Shown here one piece after another: positions 30,231 through 40,376 of a stretch of DNA of 64,000 bases (its first letter is position 1; the number at the start of each line of letters is the position of its first letter). The position numbers and the translations under genes are program-made. This DNA is from an uncultured Desulfosarcina sp. (GTDB taxonomy: Bacteria > Desulfobacterota > Desulfobacteria > Desulfobacterales > Desulfosarcinaceae). The notes under the pieces were generated by a model that was not told where the DNA came from, searched no databases, and saw only the letters and a program-made list of their open reading frames with translations. The stretch is taken from the NCBI GenBank assembly GCA_963674945.2, contig CAXXWQ010000004.1, positions 2,336,001-2,400,000 on the forward strand, read 5' to 3'.

Positions 30231-32957
30231 ATGCAAAATAAAAAGTGGGTATTTGCCTTCGACGATTTCGATGCCGTAACAGAATGCGTGGGAGACGATC
30301 GAGATGCCATCCGGACCCTGCTGGGTGGAAAAGGCGCCAACCTGGCTGAAATGGTTCGCATCGGCCTTCCCGTTCCCCATGGATTCACCATCTCTACCCA
30401 GGCATGCAATGCCTATCTCAAATCCGGTGGAACCCTGCAGGAAGGCATGTGGGACCAGGTATTGGCCGCCTTGCAAAAAGTCGAAGAGGAAACGGGAAAA
30501 ACTTTTGGCAATGGTGACAACCCGCTTTTGCTCTCATGCCGTTCCGGTGCAAAGTTATCCATGCCGGGCATGATGGACACGGTGCTCAACATCGGCCTCA
30601 ATGAACAGACGGTGTCTGCGATGATCCGCCTGACCGATGATCCCCGGTTCGTCTATGATGCGTATCGACGCCTGATCCATATGTTCGGTGCGGTGGTCAT
30701 GGGCATCGCCGACGAACCCTTCGAAGCGATTCTCACCAAGACCCGCCAGGCCGCCGGTGTGGAAAACGATACCGACCTGTCGGCCGATCACTGGCGGCAG
30801 GTAGTGGAACGGTTCAAGGTTCTGTATCGTCATCATACCACGCACACTTTTCCGGAAGACCCGTATAAGCAATTGAAGATGGCAACCGAGGCGGTATTCA
30901 AAAGCTGGAACGGAAAGAGGGCGGTGGATTACCGCAACGCCGCCGGCATTCCCCACGACCTGGGAACGGCCGTGAATATCGTGAGCATGGTATTCGGCAA
31001 CATGGGCGATGACTGTGCAACGGGAGTCGCCATGACCCGCAACAGTTCGACGGGCGAGCCCCACATCGAAGGGGACTACCTCACAAACGCCCAGGGCGAG
31101 GATGTGGTGGCCGGTATTCGCATGACCCGGGACATTTCCCAGTTGGAACAAGAGATGCCGGTGGTCTACGCCGAATTTAAACGCATCGCCGGTTTGCTGG
31201 AGGCGCACTACAAGGATATGCAGGACATGGAGTTCACCATCGAAAAGGGCAAGCTGTGGATGCTCCAGACCCGGGACGGAAAACGATCGGCCCAGGCGGC
31301 GGTTCGCATTGCCGTTGACTTGACCGAAGAGGGCCGGATCGATCGGAAAACGGCGGTGCTCCGGGTGAAACCCGAACAGGTTGACTTTTTCCTGCATCCC
31401 CAATTCAATGCCGCAACCGCGGCGAATGCACGGATTCTGGCATGGGGTCTCAACGTCTCACCCGGCGCCGCCGTCGGCCAGGTGGCATTTGATGCCAACA
31501 TGGCCGAAGCCTGGGCAAAAAACGAAGGGAAATCGGTGATCATGGTCCGGCCGGAAACCAAACCCGACGATGTCCACGGAATGCTGGCCGCCCAGGGAAT
31601 TCTTACCAGCAGGGGGGGCAGGACCAGCCACGCGGCACTGGTGGCCCGGCAATTCGGAAAGCCGGCGGTGGTCGGGGCATCCGCCATACGCATCGACCTG
31701 ACCAACCGGCTGATGACCATCGGTGATCGGGAGATCCACGAAGGAGAGTGGATCTCCATCGACGGCACCACCGGCAAAGTGTTCGACGGCAAGCTGGAAA
31801 CCATGGTGCCGGATATCCAGGATCCATATTTGATCAAACTTCTCTCCTGGGCCGACGAGTTCAGGAGACTCGGCGTCTGGGCCAATGCCGATTACCCCCA
31901 GGATGCGCGTCGGGCCCTGGAATACGGCGCCCAGGGCATCGGGTTGTGCCGATCCGAGCACATGTTTTTCGAAACCGATCGCCTCCCCCACTTCCAGCGA
32001 ATGATCATGGCCGACTACCCCGTCGAGCGCCGCGAGGCGCTGGCCGCGCTCCTTCCCTTTCAACGCGAGGATTTCGCCGGACTCTTTCGGGTCATGGACG
32101 GAAGACCGGTCATCGTGCGCCTCATCGACCCCCCGTTGCATGAATTTTTGCCGGATCTGGTGGAGTTGGTGGCCGAACTGGCAGATTTGAAAATTCAGCT
32201 CAAGCACGCACCCGACATGGCGGCCATCGATAACCTGCTGGGCCAGATCCGCGTAAAAGAGCAGCTTCGAAAAAGGGCACTGAGCCTGCGGGAGGCCAAT
32301 CCCATGCTGGGCCTGCGGGGGGTCCGCCTTGGTATCTACATTCCCGAACTGACCACCATGCAGGTCCGGGCGATCTTCGAGGCGGCCTGCATGGTTCACA
32401 AGGAGGGAATCCGTGTTCAGCCGGAAGTGATGATTCCGTTGACCAGCCACGTCAACGAACTGGTTCGACAGCGGTCGGCGCTGGAGGCCGAAGCACGGAC
32501 GGTAATGAAGGAACAGGGCGTTACCATCGAATACAAATTCGGGACCATGATCGAACTGCCGCGGGCGGCACTCACTGCAGATAAAATTGCCGAAAAAGCC
32601 GAATTTTTCTCCTTCGGCACCAATGATTTGACACAAACCACTTACGGTATCTCCAGGGACGACGCCGAGACCGGATTTCTAATCGATTACATGGAGACGG
32701 GGATCTTGCCCGCAAATCCATTTGCTACGTTGGATCCGGATGGCGTGGGGCAACTCATCGACATGGCGGTAAAAAAGGGCCGCAGTGTGAAGCCGGACCT
32801 GGAGTGCGGCATCTGCGGCGAGCACGGCGGAGAGCCCAAATCCATCGCCCTGTGCCACCAGCTGGGGCTCTCCTATGTCTCCTGCTCGCCCTTCCGGGTG
32901 CCCATCGCCCGGTTGGCGGCGGCCCATGCGGCGATTGATGATAATGCTGGTCGATGA
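30231..32957 (+). CDS. ppdK: Pyruvate, phosphate dikinase
   Basis: LLGGKGANLAEM, SMPGMMDT, AQGEDVVAG, GGRTSHAA, FSFGTNDLTQ, GICGEHGG. AGGAGG RBS. Confidence 0.97.
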   Translation: MQNKKWVFAFDDFDAVTECVGDDRDAIRTLLGGKGANLAEMVRIGLPVPHGFTISTQACNAYLKSGGTLQEGMWDQVLAALQKVEEETGKTFGNGDNPLLLSCRSGAKLSMPGMMDTVLNIGLNEQTVSAMIRLTDDPRFVYDAYRRLIHMFGAVVMGIADEPFEAILTKTRQAAGVENDTDLSADHWRQVVERFKVLYRHHTTHTFPEDPYKQLKMATEAVFKSWNGKRAVDYRNAAGIPHDLGTAVNIVSMVFGNMGDDCATGVAMTRNSSTGEPHIEGDYLTNAQGEDVVAGIRMTRDISQLEQEMPVVYAEFKRIAGLLEAHYKDMQDMEFTIEKGKLWMLQTRDGKRSAQAAVRIAVDLTEEGRIDRKTAVLRVKPEQVDFFLHPQFNAATAANARILAWGLNVSPGAAVGQVAFDANMAEAWAKNEGKSVIMVRPETKPDDVHGMLAAQGILTSRGGRTSHAALVARQFGKPAVVGASAIRIDLTNRLMTIGDREIHEGEWISIDGTTGKVFDGKLETMVPDIQDPYLIKLLSWADEFRRLGVWANADYPQDARRALEYGAQGIGLCRSEHMFFETDRLPHFQRMIMADYPVERREALAALLPFQREDFAGLFRVMDGRPVIVRLIDPPLHEFLPDLVELVAELADLKIQLKHAPDMAAIDNLLGQIRVKEQLRKRALSLREANPMLGLRGVRLGIYIPELTTMQVRAIFEAACMVHKEGIRVQPEVMIPLTSHVNELVRQRSALEAEARTVMKEQGVTIEYKFGTMIELPRAALTADKIAEKAEFFSFGTNDLTQTTYGISRDDAETGFLIDYMETGILPANPFATLDPDGVGQLIDMAVKKGRSVKPDLECGICGEHGGEPKSIALCHQLGLSYVSCSPFRVPIARLAAAHAAIDDNAGR

Positions 32958-33129
32958 GGAGCCACCATTCGTTAGTGGTATCGCTGCCAGTTGATGCGTA
33001 CTATCACAAAATAGTGTTAAGTGTTAAGGAAAGGATATATATCATTTTGAATTGAAATCGAGTCGGTCCCAATCAGCGGACAAGCCACATAAAAATCTAT
33101 CATCGATAGAATACATTAACTTAACATCG

Positions 33130-33253
33130 GACGGTTTTGTAAAAAGTTTGGGATCAAGGCTTGTGAGTCCCGAGGAATGAGGCGTATTCATAATACGTCG
33201 CAGTGACGAGGGATGAAGCGTAACGCCGATATCGGACTTTTTACGAAGCCGTC
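33130..33253. repeat. MITE-like miniature inverted-repeat element, copy B
   Basis: Ends GACGGTTTTGTAAAAAGT and ACTTTTTACGAAGCCGTC. Interior closely matches 9060-9186. Confidence 0.8.
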
Positions 33254-33281
33254 AATCCTTACCACTTGATTCGGAGATTAA

Positions 33282-36200
33282 ATGCGCCACACATCCTTGC
33301 TCACCGTTCTTTTAATGCTCATTCTCTTTCTCTCATCAACAGCCCACGCCGCAGACGTTCCCGACTCCCTTTCCCAGTGGGAAAAATGGGTGCTCCACGG
33401 TGATAAGGAACAAAACTGTCCCGTTCCCTTCGATGGCAAGGCACAACGACACTGCTGGTGGCCGTCGTACCTGTCCTTGGACGTGGGAGACCGGGGCGGC
33501 CTGTTCACCATGAAGGTGCGCGTGTATGGACCGACCTGGGTGTTTCTTCCCGGTGATGAGGATCACTGGCCCGAATCGGTGGCCATCGGCGAAAACGGCA
33601 TACCGGTGACGGATGTCAAGGAGCGGCCTGCCGTCTGGCTGACACCCGGCGACTGGCAAATCAACGGGGCATTCGTCTGGGATGGACAGCCCGAACGTCT
33701 TCAGCTGCCCGTTGAAACGGGAATCGTATCCTTGACCGTCGACGGCAACGAAATCCAGGAACCGGACCTTGATGCCCAGGGCCGACTGCGCCTGCAATCC
33801 AAAAAAAATTTTTCCGGAAGCAAAGAGACGGTCAAGGCGCAGCTTTTCCGGCTCATCGAAGACGGCATTCCCCTTCGGATCGTCACCCGGGTCATGCTTC
33901 AGGTCTCCGGAGGAGCCCGGGATATCCAACTGGCATCCGTGCTGCCCGCCGGCGCTACCGTGATGAAGGTCGACAGCCCGCTGCCCGTCCGGATCTCGGA
34001 TGATGGTGGACTTCTCGTCCAGGGTCGTCCGGGCCATTGGGACATCGACGTGACCGTACGCCTCGCCGGACCGGTGGAAACCCTTTCCATGGGAAAAGGC
34101 GTTTACGGCGAGGAGACATGGTCATTCAAGGCCGCCAACCACCTGCGCATGGTGACGATTTCCGGTGCTCCCGCCGTCGAACCATCCCGGACCCGCATGC
34201 CCGATGCGTGGAAACGGTTTCCCGCATACCAGGTGAAACCGGGGGGGACACTTTCGCTTGCCACCATACGCCGGGGAGACCCGGACCCGTCGCCGGATCA
34301 GTTGAAACTGACACGAACCTGGTGGCTGGATTTCGATGGATCGGGGTTTACCGTCCACGACAGCATCGACGGCCGTCTCAACCGCACCTGGCACCTGGCC
34401 ATGGTACCCCCCATGGAACTGGGACGGGTGGCCGTCGATGGCAGGGACCAGTTGATTACCCTTCAGGGGAAGGGACCATGGCCCGGTGTCCAAATGCGCC
34501 GGGGCATGGTGAACCTGGAGGCGGACAGTCGGATACGTAAAACCGGATCCACACTGCCGGCCATCGGCTGGGACCACGATTTTCAGAGTGTCGGCGGCCT
34601 GCTTCACCTGCCGCCGGGATGGCGCCTGTTTGCCGCCACCGGGGTCGACATTCCGGAAGGCACCTGGCTTTCGCGCTGGAGCCTGCTTGACCTTTTCCTT
34701 GCCCTGATTATCTCCATCGGCGCTTATAAATGCTATGGCAGGACCACCGGCCTCGTAACCCTTTTCACCCTGGCGTTGATCTTCCAGGAACCGGGGGCAC
34801 CCCGCCAGGTCTGGCTTCACCTGCTTGCCGCCGGTGCATTGCTCAGATATCTTCCCGACGGCTGGTTCAAACGGCTCATCAACCTCTGGCGCGCTGCCGC
34901 CATCATCGTGCTGATCGTCATTGCCCTGCCTTTCATGGTGCAACAGGTTCGCATTGCCATTTACCCGCAACTTTCCAACGCCTTTTGGCCGGTATCGCAT
35001 CGCCCGTTGGTTTCACAAATCGAGGATCGTCTGGCGCCGCAGATGGCCATGGAAATGGATTCCGTATCCATCGCAAAACAGGCGAGAAAAGCCATGGACA
35101 AAGGTCGGCAGTTGGAACCCGAAGCACCGGGGCCCGCCTTCCAACATACGATTTCCGATTCCGATGCTCTCATTCAGACGGGTCCGGGACTTCCCGCCTG
35201 GAGATGGCAATCCGTCCGGCTGCGATGGAACGGACCGGTGGACCAGAGCCAAAACATGCGTCTGTGGCTGATGGGTCCCTTTTTGAACATGGTTTTGGGA
35301 TTGGCCCGCGTCGCCCTTCTGGCCATTTTAACCATGTTTTTTCTCGATCTTCGCAATTGGCGACGACACCTGCCCGGATTGGCCGACAAAGGCGTTTCCA
35401 TGGCCGGTCTCCTCCTGGTGGTCCCAATCTTTGCCCAGGTTTTTTTCGTTGAAACGGCCCATTCTGACTTCCCGCCCGACCACCTGCTGGAAGAGCTCCA
35501 TCAGCGGCTTACCGAACCACCGCCATGCCTTCCCCATTGTGCCGACGTGAGCCGCCTGGAACTGACTGCCACGCCGGATCAGCTGCGCCTGTTCATGCAG
35601 ATTCACGCCCAGGCCGACACGGCCATCCCATTGCCCGTTACCCTCGACGCCTGGCGCCCCCAGTCGGTCATGCTGAATAGTAAACCCGCAGAAAGCCTGA
35701 CCCGGGACGAACACGGCAATCTATGGATGGTCGTTCCCAAGGGTGTTCACCAGGTCAAGTTGACCGGCGCTGCGGGCCACGTCGACGAGATCCGGATATC
35801 CTTTCCCCTGGTTCCCCATATGGGCACCTATGCCGGTGTCGGATGGCAGGCACGGGGATTTGCACCGGGTGGGAAAATGGACGCAACCATCTCCCTGTCC
35901 CGTATGAGCAAAACCGATGAACCCACGGACCAGGCAGCCAGCGCAGCGATTCCCGCCTTCTTTCACGTCACCCGCACTTTGCGCCTGGGCATCCAATGGG
36001 AGGTGACCACACATATCCAGCGACTCACCCCTGTGGGCGATCCGGTGCGACTGGCCGTACCCCTCCTCTTGCCCCAAGCGAAGCTGACCACCGCCGGCAT
36101 TCGTGTCGAAGAGGGTGCGGCGCAGATCGCCATGGGGCCGGGTGAGACGGCGGTCACCTTTTCGACGACCCTTCCCGTATCGCCCAAAATTCAATTGAAA

Positions 36201-37337
36201 GCGCCGACAGGGGTGCCTTGGACGGAGACATGGATCCTGGATGCCGCGACCATATGGCGATGCACCTTTTCCGGGATAACGGTGATTCACCATCAGGATT
36301 CCGGCAGCAACTTTCAGCCCCAATGGCAACCGTGGCCGGGAGAGGCGGTAACCATCGTCGTCGACCGCCCGAAGCCGATTCCCGGACGCACCGTGACCAT
36401 CGACAAAAGCCGTCTCAACCTTTCTCCGGGACAGCGGTTTACCCGCGCCGAACTGACGCTGGCGGCGCGCACCAGCCGGGGTGGTCCCCACGTCATCCAG
36501 TTGCCGGAAGATATCAACCTGCAAACGGTTACGGTAAATGGAAAACCACTGCCGGTGCGCCAGGAGGGACAAAAAATCACCGTTCCACTGGAACCGGGCA
36601 GCCAGACGGTGGAGATTTCATGGCTCCAGTTGACCGACTCCTTGCAGTGGATCCGCTCGCCCCGTATCCATGTGGGCGACGGCGCCGTAAACGCCGATAC
36701 CACCATTCAAATGCCCGACAATCGTTGGATTCTCTTCACCTGGGGGCCGCGCCTCGGTCCCGCCGTCCTCTTCTGGAGTTATGTGATCGTTGTCGTGGTC
36801 GCCGCATGGGGGCTGGGAAAGACCAGACTGACGCCGCTTCGTCCTTACCAATGGCTGTTATTGGGACTGGGGCTGACCCAGATTCCGGCTTACGTTGCCG
36901 TGGCAATCGTGGGATGGCTGCTCTTTCTGGGATACCGCTACCAATGGGATGGCCCCGAAAAACCGTTCGCCTTCAACCTTGTCCAGCTATTGACGATCGT
37001 CCTTACCCTTGCCGCACTGGCAGGGCTTTACGATGCCATCGAACAGGGCCTGCTGGGCATCCCGGATATGCAGATCGCAGGCAACCACTCCAGCCGTCTT
37101 CAGCTCAACTGGACCCAGGACCGCATCGAAGGGCTTATGCCCACCGCCTGGATCATCAGTCTGCCCCATTGGGTCTACCACCTGCTCATGCTGGCGTGGT
37201 CCCTCTGGCTGGCCTATCGCCTTATCTTCTGGTTGCACTGGGGGTGGGGTTGTTTTTCGAAAAACGGCCTTTGGAAAACCATCCGGTGGCGGCGCAAACC
37301 GAAATCGGATGAAACGCTCAACGTAGGAGAGAAATAA
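33282..37337 (+). CDS. Large hypothetical envelope protein (signal peptide, beta-rich domains, two TM clusters)
   Basis: 1351-aa ORF with GGAG RBS and AHA signal-peptidase site. No catalytic motif recognised. Confidence 0.8.
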   Translation: MRHTSLLTVLLMLILFLSSTAHAADVPDSLSQWEKWVLHGDKEQNCPVPFDGKAQRHCWWPSYLSLDVGDRGGLFTMKVRVYGPTWVFLPGDEDHWPESVAIGENGIPVTDVKERPAVWLTPGDWQINGAFVWDGQPERLQLPVETGIVSLTVDGNEIQEPDLDAQGRLRLQSKKNFSGSKETVKAQLFRLIEDGIPLRIVTRVMLQVSGGARDIQLASVLPAGATVMKVDSPLPVRISDDGGLLVQGRPGHWDIDVTVRLAGPVETLSMGKGVYGEETWSFKAANHLRMVTISGAPAVEPSRTRMPDAWKRFPAYQVKPGGTLSLATIRRGDPDPSPDQLKLTRTWWLDFDGSGFTVHDSIDGRLNRTWHLAMVPPMELGRVAVDGRDQLITLQGKGPWPGVQMRRGMVNLEADSRIRKTGSTLPAIGWDHDFQSVGGLLHLPPGWRLFAATGVDIPEGTWLSRWSLLDLFLALIISIGAYKCYGRTTGLVTLFTLALIFQEPGAPRQVWLHLLAAGALLRYLPDGWFKRLINLWRAAAIIVLIVIALPFMVQQVRIAIYPQLSNAFWPVSHRPLVSQIEDRLAPQMAMEMDSVSIAKQARKAMDKGRQLEPEAPGPAFQHTISDSDALIQTGPGLPAWRWQSVRLRWNGPVDQSQNMRLWLMGPFLNMVLGLARVALLAILTMFFLDLRNWRRHLPGLADKGVSMAGLLLVVPIFAQVFFVETAHSDFPPDHLLEELHQRLTEPPPCLPHCADVSRLELTATPDQLRLFMQIHAQADTAIPLPVTLDAWRPQSVMLNSKPAESLTRDEHGNLWMVVPKGVHQVKLTGAAGHVDEIRISFPLVPHMGTYAGVGWQARGFAPGGKMDATISLSRMSKTDEPTDQAASAAIPAFFHVTRTLRLGIQWEVTTHIQRLTPVGDPVRLAVPLLLPQAKLTTAGIRVEEGAAQIAMGPGETAVTFSTTLPVSPKIQLKAPTGVPWTETWILDAATIWRCTFSGITVIHHQDSGSNFQPQWQPWPGEAVTIVVDRPKPIPGRTVTIDKSRLNLSPGQRFTRAELTLAARTSRGGPHVIQLPEDINLQTVTVNGKPLPVRQEGQKITVPLEPGSQTVEISWLQLTDSLQWIRSPRIHVGDGAVNADTTIQMPDNRWILFTWGPRLGPAVLFWSYVIVVVVAAWGLGKTRLTPLRPYQWLLLGLGLTQIPAYVAVAIVGWLLFLGYRYQWDGPEKPFAFNLVQLLTIVLTLAALAGLYDAIEQGLLGIPDMQIAGNHSSRLQLNWTQDRIEGLMPTAWIISLPHWVYHLLMLAWSLWLAYRLIFWLHWGWGCFSKNGLWKTIRWRRKPKSDETLNVGEK

Positions 37338-37349
37338 GGAGGAACCACC

Positions 37350-38468
37350 ATGATCATTGGCATCCTGAAAGAGATCAAAAAAGGGGAGAACCGTGTCAGC
37401 ATGACACCGGCAGGAGTGGAGGTGATGATCCATAGCGGTCAAAAGGTCCTGGTGGAAAAAAACGCCGGTACGGGAAGCGGTTTCGACGACGGTTTGTTCT
37501 CCAAAGCCGGCGCCCGGATTATCGACACACCGGAAGCGATTTACGATTCGGCGGACATGGTGATGCATGTCAAAGAGCCCCAACCGTCCGAGTACGACCT
37601 GATCCGGAAAGGTCAGATCGTCTTCACCTACCTTCATCTTGCCGCCGACGAACCACAGACCCTGGCCCTGATTAAAAGCGAATCCGTGTGCATCGCCTAC
37701 GAAACCATCCAGAAGGACGACGGTACGCTGCCGCTTCTCACCCCCATGAGTGAGGTGGCCGGTCGTATGGCCATCCAGCAAGGGGCCAAGTACCTGGAGA
37801 TGGCCCAGGGTGGGCGCGGTATTCTGCTGGGTGGGGTGCCCGGCGTGGAACCGGGAACGGTGGTGGTGATCGGCGGTGGCGTGGTTGGCATCAATGCGGC
37901 CAAGATGGCCTGCGGTCTGGGTGCCAGGGTCTACCTGCTGGACATGAACCTGGACCGGCTGCGCTATTTAAACGACGTGATGCCGGCCAATTGCATCACC
38001 CTCGCGTCCAGTCCGATGGCCATCCGCGAACTGCTCCGACAGGCCGATGTGGTCGTGGGGGCGGTATTGATTCCAGGTGCCAAAGCGCCCAAACTGGTAA
38101 CCCGGGACATGCTCTCCACCATGAAGCCCGGTTCGGTCCTGGTAGACGTGGCCATCGACCAGGGGGGCTGCTTCGAAACCTCCAAACCCACGACCCACGA
38201 CAATCCCACCTACGTGGTGGACGGCGTGGTACACTACTGCGTGGCCAACATACCCGGGGCCGTGGCCAAAACCTCGACCAAGGCATTGACCAACGCTACC
38301 CTTCCCTATGCGGTGCAGATCGCCGACAAGGGGTGGAAAAAGGCCATGGCGGAAAACACCGAGATCAAACGCGGCGCCAACGTGATCGAGGGCAAGGTGA
38401 CCTACCGGGCCGTGGCCGACGCCTTCGGATTGCCCTATGTTGCCGTGGATACGCTAGTCAGTCCATAG
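37350..38468 (+). CDS. ald: Alanine dehydrogenase
   Basis: KEIK...[46 protein letters not shown]. Confidence 0.97.
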   Translation: MIIGILKEIKKGENRVSMTPAGVEVMIHSGQKVLVEKNAGTGSGFDDGLFSKAGARIIDTPEAIYDSADMVMHVKEPQPSEYDLIRKGQIVFTYLHLAADEPQTLALIKSESVCIAYETIQKDDGTLPLLTPMSEVAGRMAIQQGAKYLEMAQGGRGILLGGVPGVEPGTVVVIGGGVVGINAAKMACGLGARVYLLDMNLDRLRYLNDVMPANCITLASSPMAIRELLRQADVVVGAVLIPGAKAPKLVTRDMLSTMKPGSVLVDVAIDQGGCFETSKPTTHDNPTYVVDGVVHYCVANIPGAVAKTSTKALTNATLPYAVQIADKGWKKAMAENTEIKRGANVIEGKVTYRAVADAFGLPYVAVDTLVSP

Positions 38469-38613
38469 TTGATTCGATTTTTAAATTCGTTCATGACCTT
38501 CTGTGGAGTGCCGTAGGAACTGGCCATGCCTGCGACGATGATTATCCGGGGATGAAATTTTTCGTGCAACGCCGATATCGGGCAAATTGGCCATTTCTGG
38601 ACTAGTCTAATTA

Positions 38614-38642
38614 TTGACATTAACATGCCAGATCACTATATA
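38614..38642 (+). promoter_or_regulatory. Sigma-70 promoter of ssrA
   Basis: TTGACA-N17-TATATA, about 25 bp upstream of the mature 5' end. Confidence 0.65.
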
Positions 38643-38666
38643 TAGTTAAAGGTTCTTTTAAAAATT

Positions 38667-39021
38667 GGGGGCGAAACGGCTTCGACGGGGATAAAGAAGC
38701 ACTGACTGCATGCCGAGTTCCTGCCGACTCGTAAAACTGGTGGGATCTAAATATAATCGCAGACGATTATAACTACGCCGTAGCAGCTTAATGCTACCGT
38801 TCTACCGGGTTTTTCCCGCGCACCTGGATAGAGCGTCGACTAGTGGGATAGTCGGTCCTGAGTGCCTGTTCCAGTATCGGCGAAATTAATAACAGGATAG
38901 CCTTTGCAGTACCCTGCCTGATGGAGACTCAGCAGAGGCGATACCCAGAGATCAGGATAAGCATGTAGATGTTCGTGTGGAATGTTTTCGGACGCGGGTT
39001 CGACTCCCGCCGCCTCCACCA
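38667..39021 (+). ncRNA. ssrA: tmRNA
   Basis: 5' GGGGGCG pairs with 3' CGCCTCC-ACCA including the G3-U alanine determinant. T-arm GCGGGTTCGACTCCCGC. Tag frame 38759-38791 encodes ADDYNYAVAA*. Confidence 0.97.
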
Positions 39022-39096
39022 TTAAATGGTAACGAAATCAAATATTTATATGTTTTGAAGTGGGCCATATAAGTCGCCCACATGTGGCCCACCCAA

Positions 39097-40275
39097 TCAT
39101 TCATTTCTTTTCCTTAATTTAATTACCTCGCCTCTACGTTTTGTTGTATCTTTGTAGATATCTCTCAGATCGTCAGATTCAAGTCTAAAATAACGTTCGA
39201 AGGCTTTATTAGTCGAGTGCATTGTTGCGCGTCGGATCTCTTCAGGGGTCCTGTATTTGCGCAGGGCGATGGCTGAGCTATGCCTTGTTCCACCATAAAG
39301 ATCAACGCCCTCAATTCCAAGTTTTTCGCAGGCCCGAATCCACCATTTATAGAAATATTTTTCACCGAACGGCTGGTTTTCCCTGACGCTTTGAAGGCCT
39401 TTTTGGTGTCTGAAAAATGCCAGCTCTGGAAAGCCTTTCGGAAACGACTTAATCAGCTCAATATCTTCATCAAGCATCGGGACGAGTTTTGGCCTTTTTT
39501 CTTTTGGGTCAGGTATCATCAGGTAACCGTTACCGGTGTCGATGTGTTTTTCTTTGATCCTGATCAGCTCTCCAGGACGAATCGATATATATGTACATAG
39601 CCATTTGATACCGAGCCAGATCTTTGGGTTGATATGGAATGTCATCTCGCGGACAGCTTCAAGGATTGACTCTTGTGTTTCTTTGTCCACTGTCGTTCTG
39701 AATCCAAGCTCGAATTTTGTCTCTGGGAATTCCGGCATCTGGTCCGGCCTGATGAGTCTGCGCTTGCGAAGCCAGACCCAGAAATCATGCAGTGCAGACC
39801 GAACATTTGAGCGTGTTTTGTCTGAGATTGGCTTTCCAGTTTTTCCTACCTTTTGATCAAGCAGGAAGTCTTCAATCTCAGCGTAGCCTATCTCTTTGAT
39901 GTTGCGGTTGCCCCAAGCCTGGATAGCCCTGACCATATAGTTGAAAAGGTTTCGATATGATTTGGGTTTTGTTTCGCGTTCTTTGACCTCAAGCCATTTG
40001 GTGGCAAGGTTTTCAAACCCAAGCGGGTTATCGTGCTTATAGTCACGGACATCAAATGTGCCCTCATCATGTTTGAAACGAAGCCCAGTCAAGAATCTCT
40101 GTGCTGCAAAGTAATCGTTTTTGAATCTCTTGCGGACTTTCCTGCCGAATTTTACGCGGAATGAAGTTGCTCTCTTATCTGGATGGTTTGGGCAGATAAG
40201 CCCGTCTCTCCCATTATCTAAGAATTTGCTGTTGCACAGAGGACAGCGTTGGTCTGAATAAATGCCACCGATCAT
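39097..40275 (-). CDS. Tyrosine recombinase/integrase with N-terminal Cys/His motif
   Basis: SIRPGEL (R), LYGGTRHS (variant HxxR), TMHST, FERYF (Y). N-terminal CPLC...CPNH. GGAGGT RBS before ATG 40275. Confidence 0.92.
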   Translation of the reverse strand: MIGGIYSDQRCPLCNSKFLDNGRDGLICPNHPDKRATSFRVKFGRKVRKRFKNDYFAAQRFLTGLRFKHDEGTFDVRDYKHDNPLGFENLATKWLEVKERETKPKSYRNLFNYMVRAIQAWGNRNIKEIGYAEIEDFLLDQKVGKTGKPISDKTRSNVRSALHDFWVWLRKRRLIRPDQMPEFPETKFELGFRTTVDKETQESILEAVREMTFHINPKIWLGIKWLCTYISIRPGELIRIKEKHIDTGNGYLMIPDPKEKRPKLVPMLDEDIELIKSFPKGFPELAFFRHQKGLQSVRENQPFGEKYFYKWWIRACEKLGIEGVDLYGGTRHSSAIALRKYRTPEEIRRATMHSTNKAFERYFRLESDDLRDIYKDTTKRRGEVIKLRKRNE

Positions 40276-40309
40276 GCAAAGACCTCCTTGCTGATTTTTT
40301 GATGGTGGC

Positions 40310-40339
40310 ATCATATCAATTCGACCTGTTAAGTGTCAA
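40310..40339 (-). promoter_or_regulatory. Sigma-70 promoter of the integrase
   Basis: Minus strand TTGACA-N18-TATGAT with extended TG. Confidence 0.55.
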
Positions 40340-40376
40340 TCACGCTGCATTTTCAGATAGTTAATTGATTTTAAAC

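Noticed and set aside
33013..33127. GTGTTAA tandem and CATTAACTTAAC resembling an IS4 end
   Set aside because: Too short and AT-rich to distinguish from chance.
38512..38536. GTAGGAACTGGCCATGCCTGCGAC, a possible degenerate REP
   Set aside because: Poor palindrome and no convincing second copy.
4210..38605. Many long overlapping or antisense ORFs (e.g. 4210-5418, 7418-8890, 7542-9053, 11990-13204, 16561-17544, 31458-32636, 36218-37312)
   Set aside because: They overlap well-supported genes in other frames or strands, as expected at high GC.
38840..39022. 60-aa ORF MVEAAGVEPAS...
   Set aside because: Antisense translation of the tmRNA 3' end.
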